A stretch of 64,000 nt of DNA from contig JAQXJU010000065.1 in NCBI GenBank assembly GCA_029009115.1, positions 11,336 through 75,335 on the forward strand. The letters run 5' to 3'. The stretch comes from Bacteroidales bacterium (GTDB lineage Bacteria > Bacteroidota > Bacteroidia > Bacteroidales > UBA932). Positions 29,268 through 36,822 of this stretch are shown here, one piece after another; position 1 is the first letter of the stretch, and every line of letters begins with the position of its first letter. The translations under genes and the position numbers were made by a program. The notes beneath the pieces were generated by a model. That model saw only the letters and a list, made by a program, of their open reading frames with translations, did no database searches and was not told where the DNA came from.

Positions 29268-30221
29268 ATGGGCACAATGATTGTTTCTCCAAACCCCCAC
29301 ATCCACGCCCCGGTATCGACAAAATCACTGATGAGGGATGTTGTCATCGCACTTCTGCCCGCAGTAATCGTCTCCATCCTTTTCTACGGATGGTCCGAGC
29401 TGCTGGTTCTGGGCGTGAGCGTCGCCTCCTGCGTACTGCTGGAGTGGGCTATTACCAAATGGCTCCTTAAGAAACCTTCGACAATTGGCGATTTGTCAGC
29501 TGTCGTTACTGGTCTTCTTCTAGCTATGAACCTTCCCTGCACAACCCCCTGGTGGATTGTGTTCATCGGAGCAGTAGTGGCTATCGGCGTTGCCAAGATG
29601 ACCTTCGGCGGGATAGGCCAGAATGTCTTCAACCCCGCCATCACGGGACGTGTGTTCCTTCTGATTTCCTTCCCCCAGCAGATGACAGACTGGACTGTCC
29701 CTGGCGGATTCATCAAGGGCGTTGACGCAGTTTCGGGTTCAACCCTTCTTGGTCAGGCCAAACTCGGGCAGCTAATCGATTTCAATGCCCTGGATACCTT
29801 CTTCCTGAATATCGGCGGTTCTGCAGGTGAGATTTCGGCACTTGCACTGCTCCTCGGATTCGGGTATCTGCTTGTCAGACGGGTTGTAAAGATATGGGTT
29901 CCCCTTAGCATCTTTGCTACCGTTGCAGTGATTTCAGGCATCTTCCATGCCATTGACCCCGTGGCATTCACCGGCCCCCTGTTCAACCTCCTCACCGGTG
30001 GAATGATTCTCGGCGCCTGCTTTATGGCCACTGACTACGTCACTTCCCCGATGAGCACTTGGGGAGGTGTCATCTACGGAATAGGAATAGGTCTTATCGT
30101 GATGATGATCCGCTACTTCGGAGCATATCCCGAAGGAATGTCCTTCGCCATTCTTCTTATGAATATGGTGGTCCCCCTGCTCAACAGATGGTTCCATCAG
30201 CGTAAATACGGGAGGGCTTGA
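29268..30221 (+). CDS. rnfD: Rnf complex subunit D
   Basis: 317 aa, polytopic. Contains NPAITGRVFLLISFP and the SGSTLL flavin-attachment-region motif. Confidence 0.92.
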   Translation: MGTMIVSPNPHIHAPVSTKSLMRDVVIALLPAVIVSILFYGWSELLVLGVSVASCVLLEWAITKWLLKKPSTIGDLSAVVTGLLLAMNLPCTTPWWIVFIGAVVAIGVAKMTFGGIGQNVFNPAITGRVFLLISFPQQMTDWTVPGGFIKGVDAVSGSTLLGQAKLGQLIDFNALDTFFLNIGGSAGEISALALLLGFGYLLVRRVVKIWVPLSIFATVAVISGIFHAIDPVAFTGPLFNLLTGGMILGACFMATDYVTSPMSTWGGVIYGIGIGLIVMMIRYFGAYPEGMSFAILLMNMVVPLLNRWFHQRKYGRA

Positions 30222-30224
30222 GTT

Positions 30225-30854
30225 ATGGCAGCAAAATCGACTCTTTCCAATATGGTAATCTGCCTGACCGGCGTATGTCTGGTCTGTGCGGCAATACTCG
30301 GTGCGGTCTATTCCGTTACCAAAGTTCCCATTGAACAGGCCTCTCAGAAGGCTATGCTCACCTCTATCGGAATGGTCATTCCCGAAGGTGGCGAACTTTC
30401 CGAGGCTATCTCTGACGAAGCTACTGGAATGTCGTACTACAAGAGCGTGGCCGAAGGCAAGACCATCGCTTATGCAGTCAATTCTACCGTTACTGGTTTC
30501 GGTGGTCCCCTTGTCCTGATGGTAGGTGTCCTGCCCGACGGTACTGTCTATGCGACCAAGGTGCTCTCTCAGAGCGAGACTCCCGGACTCGGTGCACAGT
30601 GCGCCACAAGCGAATCCTTCATCTCCCAGTTCCGCGGACTCGGTCCCGACAAGAAGATTGCCGTTCGCAAGGATGGAGGTGATATCGATGCAATTACCGC
30701 TTCGACCATCACTTCCCGCGCCTATGCTCTTGCTGTCAGCAATGCAGTGACTCTCGTCAAAACACTTGAGGGACAGGTATTAAATGAGGCTGACAGCTGG
30801 TCCGGTGCCAGTACCAAAGCTGAACAAACCGAAAACAAGGAGGAACAGAAATGA
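30225..30854 (+). CDS. rnfG: Rnf complex subunit G
   Basis: 209 aa with an N-terminal TM segment, ETPGLG and DAITASTITSRA (FMN-binding motif). Confidence 0.9.
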   Translation: MAAKSTLSNMVICLTGVCLVCAAILGAVYSVTKVPIEQASQKAMLTSIGMVIPEGGELSEAISDEATGMSYYKSVAEGKTIAYAVNSTVTGFGGPLVLMVGVLPDGTVYATKVLSQSETPGLGAQCATSESFISQFRGLGPDKKIAVRKDGGDIDAITASTITSRAYALAVSNAVTLVKTLEGQVLNEADSWSGASTKAEQTENKEEQK

Positions 30855-31435
30855 GTAAATGGTCTATGCTAACCGACGGGCTCGTAAAAAACAATCCCGT
30901 CTTTGTGCTGGTGCTGGGAATGTGCCCAACTCTGGCTACTACATCTTCCGCAATTAACGGACTTGAGATGGGTGTTGCTACTATGTTTGTGCTCATTCTC
31001 AGTAACATAGTCATATCTCTGCTCGCTCCGGCGGTCCCCGACAAGGTGCACATTCCGGTTTACATCGTAGTCATTGCGACCTTCGTGACCGTACTTCAAC
31101 TCCTTATGCAGGCCTTTGTTCCTTCGGTTTACGAGACCCTCGGACTGTTCATCCCTCTGATTGTGGTGAACTGCATAGTTCTTGGACGCGCCGAGGCTTT
31201 CGCAGGCAAGCACAATGCTCTTGAGAGTGCACTTGACGGAGTAGGAATCGGTTTAGGATTCACCCTTGCCCTCACGGTGATAGGTCTTGTTCGCGAGGTT
31301 CTCGGAAGCGGCTCCGCCTTCGGATTCAAGTTTATCCCCGGCGACGGAATCCTCGCTTTCGTAATGGCGCCCGGTGCCTTCCTCGTTCTGGGATATCTGA
31401 TGGTCCTATTCAATAAGTTCGTCAAAAAACAATAG
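30851..31435 (+). CDS. rnfE: Rnf complex subunit E
   Basis: 194 aa with NPVFVLVLGMCPTLA and VVNCIVLGRAEAFA. Confidence 0.92.
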   Translation: MSKWSMLTDGLVKNNPVFVLVLGMCPTLATTSSAINGLEMGVATMFVLILSNIVISLLAPAVPDKVHIPVYIVVIATFVTVLQLLMQAFVPSVYETLGLFIPLIVVNCIVLGRAEAFAGKHNALESALDGVGIGLGFTLALTVIGLVREVLGSGSAFGFKFIPGDGILAFVMAPGAFLVLGYLMVLFNKFVKKQ

Positions 31436-31441
31436 TACGAT

Positions 31442-32041
31442 ATGGAATACCTGCTTATTATTGTCTCTGCGATATTCGTCAACAATATCGTCCTGGCCCA
31501 GTTCCTTGGCATATGCCCGTTCCTGGGAGTATCGAACAAGCTTTCGACGGCAACCGGAATGTCCGGAGCAGTGTGCTTTGTCATCACTCTTGCCACAGTC
31601 GTAACATACCTTCTGAACAACTATGTCCTTGTTCCTCTGGGACTCGGATTCCTGCAGACCATCGCTTTCATTCTTGTGATTGCAGCTCTTGTGCAGATGG
31701 TCGAAATCGTCCTTAAGAAGATAAGCCCCAGCCTCTATCAGGCACTGGGAATCTTCCTCCCTCTCATTACCACCAACTGCGCCGTTCTGGGTGTGGCCAT
31801 CACCGTAGTATCCAAGGAGTTTAGCTTTGGCGGTGCTGCTCATATGCTCAACCTCGCAGAGGCAGTGGTCTATGCTCTTGCAACTTCTATCGGCTATGGT
31901 CTTGCTATGATACTCTTTGCGGGTCTTCGCGAGCACCTCTCCGGAAACAGCATCCCCAAACCCTTCAAGGGCCTTCCTATTGCTCTGATAACCGCGAGCA
32001 TAATGGCAATGGCCTTCCTCGGATTCTCGGGGATTGTCTGA
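31442..32041 (+). CDS. rnfA: Rnf complex subunit A
   Basis: 199 aa with NNIVLAQFLGICPFLGVS and ITTNCAVLGVA. It ends ...AFLGFSGIV. The stop codon lies in the first bases of a downstream repeat copy. Confidence 0.92.
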   Translation: MEYLLIIVSAIFVNNIVLAQFLGICPFLGVSNKLSTATGMSGAVCFVITLATVVTYLLNNYVLVPLGLGFLQTIAFILVIAALVQMVEIVLKKISPSLYQALGIFLPLITTNCAVLGVAITVVSKEFSFGGAAHMLNLAEAVVYALATSIGYGLAMILFAGLREHLSGNSIPKPFKGLPIALITASIMAMAFLGFSGIV

Positions 32042-32150
32042 TAACCGCGAGCATTGTGGCAATGGCCTTGCGGAGATTCGGAGGATTGTCTTTTAACCGC
32101 GAGCATAATGACAATGGCCTTACGGATATTCGGAAGATTGTCTGATAACC
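31985..32150 (+). repeat. Tandem 52-53-bp repeat derived from the last 53 nt of rnfA: 3 copies plus a 9-nt partial fourth
   Basis: Copies run 31985-32037, 32038-32089 and 32090-32141. Each begins CT(G/T)(A/T)TAACCGCGAGCAT..GGCCTT. The partial copy CTGATAACC is at 32142-32150. Confidence 0.9.
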
Positions 32151-32200
32151 CTTCAAGACCGGTAGTCCGTTTTGGGGGTCTCCCTTTCCGGGATTATCCA

Positions 32201-32208
32201 TACCTTTG
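32201..32208 (+). promoter_or_regulatory. Candidate -7 promoter box (TACCTTTG) for the small OMP gene
   Basis: Matches TAnnTTTG, about 44 nt upstream of the ATG at 32252. Confidence 0.3.
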
Positions 32209-32251
32209 CCAATAGTCTAACAGAAACACTTTTTTATTACCTAACCCTTTA

Positions 32252-32692
32252 ATGTTTAAAAGAATGAAAAAGATTATTGCAGTTATAGCAACTGTCTTCG
32301 CATTTGCAGCAGTCGCTGCCGCCCAGCCCCGTACCATCGGTATCCGTGGAACATTCGGCGGAGAACTCTCTTATCAGCACACCCTTGGTGCCAACTTCGC
32401 AGAGGCTGACCTAGGTTGGTCAAATGATGGTATCTATGTGACTGGTACTTACAACTTTGTCTTTGCCAGCGAAGGTGATTTCAACTTCTATGCCGGCCCC
32501 GGTGCTGCACTGGGTATTTACAACAATGGAGAAACCAGCGGTCTTAACCTCGGTATCGCCGGTATGGTAGGTGCTGAATACAACTTCAGTATCCCCATGA
32601 CCATCTCCCTTGACTGGAGGCCTTGCTTCAACTTCCTGTATGGAGGATTCGGATACAATGGTTTCGGTCTGGCACTCCGCTACAGATTCTAA
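32252..32692 (+). CDS. Small outer-membrane beta-barrel protein
   Basis: 146 aa with a signal peptide (AFAAVAAAQ), alternating aromatic/Gly beta-strand pattern and a C-terminal ...LALRYRF. Confidence 0.7.
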   Translation: MFKRMKKIIAVIATVFAFAAVAAAQPRTIGIRGTFGGELSYQHTLGANFAEADLGWSNDGIYVTGTYNFVFASEGDFNFYAGPGAALGIYNNGETSGLNLGIAGMVGAEYNFSIPMTISLDWRPCFNFLYGGFGYNGFGLALRYRF

Positions 32693-32710
32693 GAAATCAT
32701 ACATCAATTT

Positions 32711-32753
32711 ATCCCGCCCTGGCATTGAACTAGATCCCAGGGCGGGATTTTTG
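32711..32753 (+). terminator. Rho-independent terminator after the OMP gene
   Basis: Perfect 12-bp stem ATCCCGCCCTGG / CCAGGGCGGGAT followed by TTTTT. Confidence 0.8.
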
Positions 32754-32790
32754 GTGTTAGTAGGTGTTTTTGGTGTTAGTAGAGATTCTT

Positions 32791-32900
32791 GGGATCGTAG
32801 GGTTTGGGGAATTAGTAGGGTTTGGGGGATTGTAGGGCTTCTTCGGCTTGCAGGGTTTTGGGGGATTGTAGGGATTCTTGAGCTTGCAGGGTTTTGGGGG
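32791..32900 (+). repeat. G-tract repeat region (GGGTTTGGGG / GGGTTTTGGGGG units), including a 36-bp direct duplication
   Basis: The region contains GGG..GGGTTTGGGG..GGGTTTGGGGG..GGG..GGGTTTTGGGGG..GGG..GGGTTTTGGGGG. GCTTGCAGGGTTTTGGGGGATTGT occurs twice. Confidence 0.8.
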
Positions 32901-32947
32901 ATTGTGTAAGCGTCTCCGCGATTATGTGTTGATATTGGTTCTGTCGT

Positions 32948-33605
32948 AGGCACCCCGGAAGGCATATAGGGCAAGCTCGTGAAATTCACCTTTCGGGCCG
33001 ACCCCCTCCAGAATGCCTTCTGGGGCAGGTTGCCTTCGGAGGTGGAACGACTTTGTATCCACCTCGAAGCCTCACCCCCTTCACAGGTACCTCAGAGGCA
33101 CATTGCCTTTCGAGGTGAATTTCACCGGTTGATGCTACCCCTGCCAGAAGTGCCTGAGAGGCCGATTGGACGATCTCGTGAAATTCACCTTCCAAGCCGA
33201 CCCCCGTCAGAATGCCTTCTGGGGCACATTGACTTTTGAGGTGAATTTCACCGGTTGGGGCTACCCCTGTCAGAAGTACCTCAGAGGCCGATTCGTCAAT
33301 CTCGTGAAATTCACCTTTCGGGCTGACCCCTGTCAGAATGCCTTCTGGGGCAGGTTGCCTTTCGAGGTGGAACAATTTTGTATCCACCTCGAAGCCTCAC
33401 CACCACTACAATACCTTCAGAGGCACATTGCCTTTTGAGGTGAATTTCACCGGTTGATGCTACCCCTGCCAGAAGTGCCTGAGAGGCCGATTGGACAATC
33501 TCGTGAAATTCACCTTTCGGGCCAACCCCTGCCAGAAGCACTTCAGAGGCAGGTTGCCTTTCGAGGTGAATTTCACCGGTTCGGGCAACCCTTACCCACC
33601 CCCCA
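32948..33605 (-). repeat. Tandem mosaic repeat array B: same family as A and C, opposite orientation, 10 units
   Basis: Cores lie at about 32979, 33115, 33178, 33241, 33304, 33440, 33503 and 33565. Two variant hairpins GAGGTGGAAC...TATCCACCTC lie at about 33038-33066 and 33364-33390. CTACCCCTGTCAGAAGT is the reverse complement of the A/C body. Confidence 0.9.
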
Positions 33606-33725
33606 TGAAATCCCAATTCAGCCAAGCCCTCTATATAATACCTTTTCAAACTGCTACTTCGTTCTTGGATACTTTTCGAAATACTAAACAATTCTAAAAA
33701 TTATCACTATATTTGCAAGCTTTCT

Positions 33726-33799
33726 GGTTCCGTAGCTCAGTTGGATAGAGCAACAGCCTTCTAAGCTGTGGGTCGCGCGTTCGAGTCGCGCCGGAATCA
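33726..33799 (+). tRNA. tRNA-Arg (anticodon TCT)
   Basis: Hand-folded 74-nt cloverleaf. Acceptor GGTTCCG/CGGAATC, D stem GCTC/GAGC, anticodon stem ACAGC/GCTGT with loop CTTCTAA, T arm GCGCG-TTCGAGT-CGCGC, discriminator A. Confidence 0.9.
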
Positions 33800-33831
33800 C
33801 TTTCGAGATAACTTGTCCTGGAATATGGAAG

Positions 33832-33877
33832 GGTGACAGAAGCCCAAAGGCTTTTTGCCACCTTTTTCTTTTTTTTG
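33832..33877 (+). terminator. Probable rho-independent terminator after tRNA-Arg
   Basis: Imperfect hairpin GGTGACAGAAGCC-CAAA-GGCTTTTTGCCACC followed by TTTTTCTTTTTTTT. Confidence 0.6.
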
Positions 33878-34076
33878 TGAGGCAATCCCAACATATCATT
33901 CCAATCGCAACATATCATCCCAATCCCTCAGTATCAAGCCCAAGATAGTATGTCAAGAATCCTCTATCAACCGATTGACAGCCTTTCAGCAATAAGACTA
34001 CCAATTTTGATCAAGCCTGCGAGATGCACTTTCACCGATAATCATTATATTTGAAACTTGCCGAACAAATCGCAAT

Positions 34077-36809
34077 ATGGCAGATAGTCTTCATATTCAG
34101 GATTGCGCAGCGGTCTTACTGTGTGCCGGAAAGGGTACACGGATGAATGACAGTTCCCGGAACAAGGTCAGTTTCGACTGCGCTGGCGACAGCGTAATCC
34201 GACGGATAGTCAGGCAGATGCGCCAGGGAGGTGTGAACCTCTTCGCGGTGGTTGTGGGTTATCGTGCCGAGACCGTAATGGCTGCACTCAGCGGAGAAGA
34301 AGGAGTATTTTTTGTATATCAAAAAGATCAAAAAGGCACAGGGGATGCCGCTCGTCTTGGACTCGCAGCTCTAAAGGCCCAGAATTTCAGGGGCAAGGTG
34401 CTTGTTGCCGTCGGTGACAGGATAGTCAGTAGTGAAGTTATTTCTGGTTTGCTGTCAAGATTCGCCTCCCCCAGTCTCAGTGCCGATGCAACTCCTGCCG
34501 ATGCAACTCCTGTCGATGTAACCCCTGCCGTTGCAAGTCCTGCCGATGCAAGTCCTGCCGCCTCCCCCAGGCTCAGCGCCGATGCAACCCCTGCCGATGC
34601 AAGCCCTGCCGATGCAACCTCTGCCACCTCCCCCAGGCCCAACACCGATTCAACCCCTGTCGGTGTCGGGCCCGTGGCAAAATCTCCCAAGGCAGTTTTC
34701 GGCGTCCAGCCCCTTGCGCACAATCCCAGGGGAGGTCATGTGCTGATGTCAATGGACAAGCCTTGCGGGATTGTGGAGATGGCAGATGTCAGAAGATTAT
34801 CTGACGGTGATTTGGTAACCAAGGCCGGAGTCAGTTTCAGCGCCGATCAAGTCAGGAATGCTCCGTACGCCAATGCATCGCTTTATTGCTTTGACCTTGA
34901 TGCAGCTGTCGAAGCTACCGGCTCCCTCACAAGCGATAATGCCCAGAAAGAGTTCTATCTTACTGATACACTGGAGTATTTTGCAATCAGGGGTGAGGCG
35001 GATGTTTTTGTCGTCCGCGACCCTGAGAGTATGTCCTCGTTCAGCACGAAGCCTGAGCTCAGAAGCATAAGCACACGCTTTATGCGAAATGCCTCCAGCC
35101 TGATTGCTGAGTTGAAAGGCGGCGGTCTCGACAAAGAACTCCAGAGTATCTATGGCAGCGGCTTTCAAGAACAGAAGCCAAGATATATTGCTCTTATAGA
35201 GCATTTTATATCTCGATATGGTGACCGTAGGATTGTCCTGACCCGAGCCCCGGGGAGGGTAAACCTTATGGGGAGGCACATCGACCACCGCGGCGGTGGA
35301 ATTAACGTTATGGCGATAGACCGTGACCTTCTGTGCGTAAGTTCCCCAAGGGAAGACGATTCAATCTGCCTGACGAATACTGATGCACAGTTTCCCGATC
35401 GTTGCTTCCGTCTGTCAGAGCAGCTTCCGGAGGGGGTCCTTCGTGCCCTTGCTCTACCTTTCGACAAAACCGGTGCCGCCGGAGAGCCCGGAGGGGATGC
35501 TCAACCCTTCGACAGAACCGGTACCGCCGGGGAGTCCGGAGGTGATGCTCATCTAGACAGAACCGGTGCCGCCGGGGAGTCCGGAGGTGATGCTTATCTA
35601 GACAGAACCGGTGCCGCCAGAGAGCCCGGAGGGGATGCTCTACCCTTCGACACCCGCTGCTGGCTGGACTATCTTGCGTCCGAGGCAGCTGTCCGGAGCC
35701 TGGAAGATACCCGCGGCGACTGGGCCAACTACGTCAAGGCCGCAGTCCTGAGGCTGCAGTTCGAGACACCTATGCTCCTCTCCGGAATGGATATGGCCTT
35801 CAGCGGAAGTATCCCTGTTGCAGCCGGTCTCAGTTCGTCATCGGCAGTGGTCGTAGCTTCAGCCGAGGCAGTCTGCGCTCTTAACTGCTTGAATATTACC
35901 CAGCAACGCTTTATCGAACTCTGCGGAGAAGGCGAATGGTTCGTCGGCTCCAGAGGTGGGGCTGGGGACCACGCCGCTATGAAGTGCTCACGCAAAGGAT
36001 GCATCACCCATCTCGACTTCAAGCCCTTCAGGGTAGGCGAGAGGACAGATTTTTCTGACGAATACGCTGTGATTGTGGCAGATACCTGCATCAAATCGCG
36101 AAAGAGCGAAGGCAGCCGCGACATATTCAATTCAAAGGTTGCCGCTTCTGATATCGCCTTTATGATTCTCCGTCAGAGGTACCCTGAATACGGTCTGCGA
36201 GAATTCCGCGATTTGGCTGATCTTCCATCAGAGACTGTTTACAAAATGATGCTGAGCGTGCCTCATACTGCCACACGCGAAGAGTTGAGGACCCTGCTCC
36301 CCGAGTATTCCAATAGCCTGAATCAGTGCTTTTCGAGCCACGCGGACCCCGGCGCATACGACCTGCGCTCAGTGGCCTTGTTCGGAATCGCCGAGTGCCT
36401 CAGATCCCGAAAGTTCCAGCAGCTGCTCTCGTGCGGAGATTATCTTGCCATCGGAGAGATGATGAAAACCAGCCATCTGGGCGATGCAGTTCCGGGCGAG
36501 AATTACCCCGATTCCCGGCTTGAGGAGATGGCGCGCGACGGAGTTGACCTCTCTCAGGTTCCCGGGGGATACCGTTGCTCAACCCAGGCAATCGACGCTT
36601 TGTGCCGGATGCTGGACGAGTTCCCCGGTGTTCTCGGAAGCCAGATGGTCGGAGCCGGTCTCGGGGGATGTGTCGTAGCTCTTGTCCGCAAGGATGCCTC
36701 CTTGAGGGTTGTCGAGATGCTGCGCAGAGAATACTACGACAAGAACGGCCTCGATTCGGGCTCGGCCCATATATTCGTCCCCTCCTCGGGTACGGCGGTA
36801 ATATTCTGA
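34077..36809 (+). CDS. Bifunctional sugar-1-phosphate nucleotidyltransferase (GlmU/RmlA-like, N-terminal) / GHMP sugar kinase (galactokinase-like, C-terminal), with two internal tandem-repeat insertions
   Basis: 910 aa. N-terminal motifs are AAVLLCAGKGTRM, VVVGYRAETV, QKDQKGTGDAA, VLVAVGDRIV and NAQKEFYLTD. C-terminal motifs are APGRVNLMGRHIDHRGGGIN (galactokinase signature type), PVAAGLSSSSAVVVA (GHMP motif II) and MVGAGLGGCVVAL (motif III). Confidence 0.8.
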   Translation: MADSLHIQDCAAVLLCAGKGTRMNDSSRNKVSFDCAGDSVIRRIVRQMRQGGVNLFAVVVGYRAETVMAALSGEEGVFFVYQKDQKGTGDAARLGLAALKAQNFRGKVLVAVGDRIVSSEVISGLLSRFASPSLSADATPADATPVDVTPAVASPADASPAASPRLSADATPADASPADATSATSPRPNTDSTPVGVGPVAKSPKAVFGVQPLAHNPRGGHVLMSMDKPCGIVEMADVRRLSDGDLVTKAGVSFSADQVRNAPYANASLYCFDLDAAVEATGSLTSDNAQKEFYLTDTLEYFAIRGEADVFVVRDPESMSSFSTKPELRSISTRFMRNASSLIAELKGGGLDKELQSIYGSGFQEQKPRYIALIEHFISRYGDRRIVLTRAPGRVNLMGRHIDHRGGGINVMAIDRDLLCVSSPREDDSICLTNTDAQFPDRCFRLSEQLPEGVLRALALPFDKTGAAGEPGGDAQPFDRTGTAGESGGDAHLDRTGAAGESGGDAYLDRTGAAREPGGDALPFDTRCWLDYLASEAAVRSLEDTRGDWANYVKAAVLRLQFETPMLLSGMDMAFSGSIPVAAGLSSSSAVVVASAEAVCALNCLNITQQRFIELCGEGEWFVGSRGGAGDHAAMKCSRKGCITHLDFKPFRVGERTDFSDEYAVIVADTCIKSRKSEGSRDIFNSKVAASDIAFMILRQRYPEYGLREFRDLADLPSETVYKMMLSVPHTATREELRTLLPEYSNSLNQCFSSHADPGAYDLRSVALFGIAECLRSRKFQQLLSCGDYLAIGEMMKTSHLGDAVPGENYPDSRLEEMARDGVDLSQVPGGYRCSTQAIDALCRMLDEFPGVLGSQMVGAGLGGCVVALVRKDASLRVVEMLRREYYDKNGLDSGSAHIFVPSSGTAVIF
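34462..34680 (+). repeat. In-frame 15-nt minisatellite (GCCGATGCAACTCCT-like, encoding ADATP/ADASP/VDVTP) with a higher-order duplication, inside the nucleotidyltransferase domain
   Basis: It encodes SPSLSADATPADATPVDVTPAVASPADASPAASPRLSADATPADASPADATSATSPRPNTDSTPVGVGP. The block CGCCTCCCCCAG(T/G)CTCAG(T/C)GCCGATGCAAC recurs at 34462 and 34559. Confidence 0.9.
35455..35655 (+). repeat. In-frame 48/48/45/45-nt tandem repeat inside the GHMP kinase domain
   Basis: It encodes PFDKTGAAGEPGGDAQ / PFDRTGTAGESGGDAH / LDRTGAAGESGGDAY / LDRTGAAREPGGDAL / PFDT. Confidence 0.9.
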
Positions 36810-36822
36810 TTTGGAACTTATT

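Noticed and set aside
33726-34076. Integrative element inserted at tRNA-Arg(TCT).
   Set aside because: I could find no integrase gene and no direct repeat of the tRNA 3' end downstream. The following gene is a metabolic fusion enzyme. Only a small direct repeat (CAACATATCAT(T/C)CCAATC x2 at about 33889-33925) is present.
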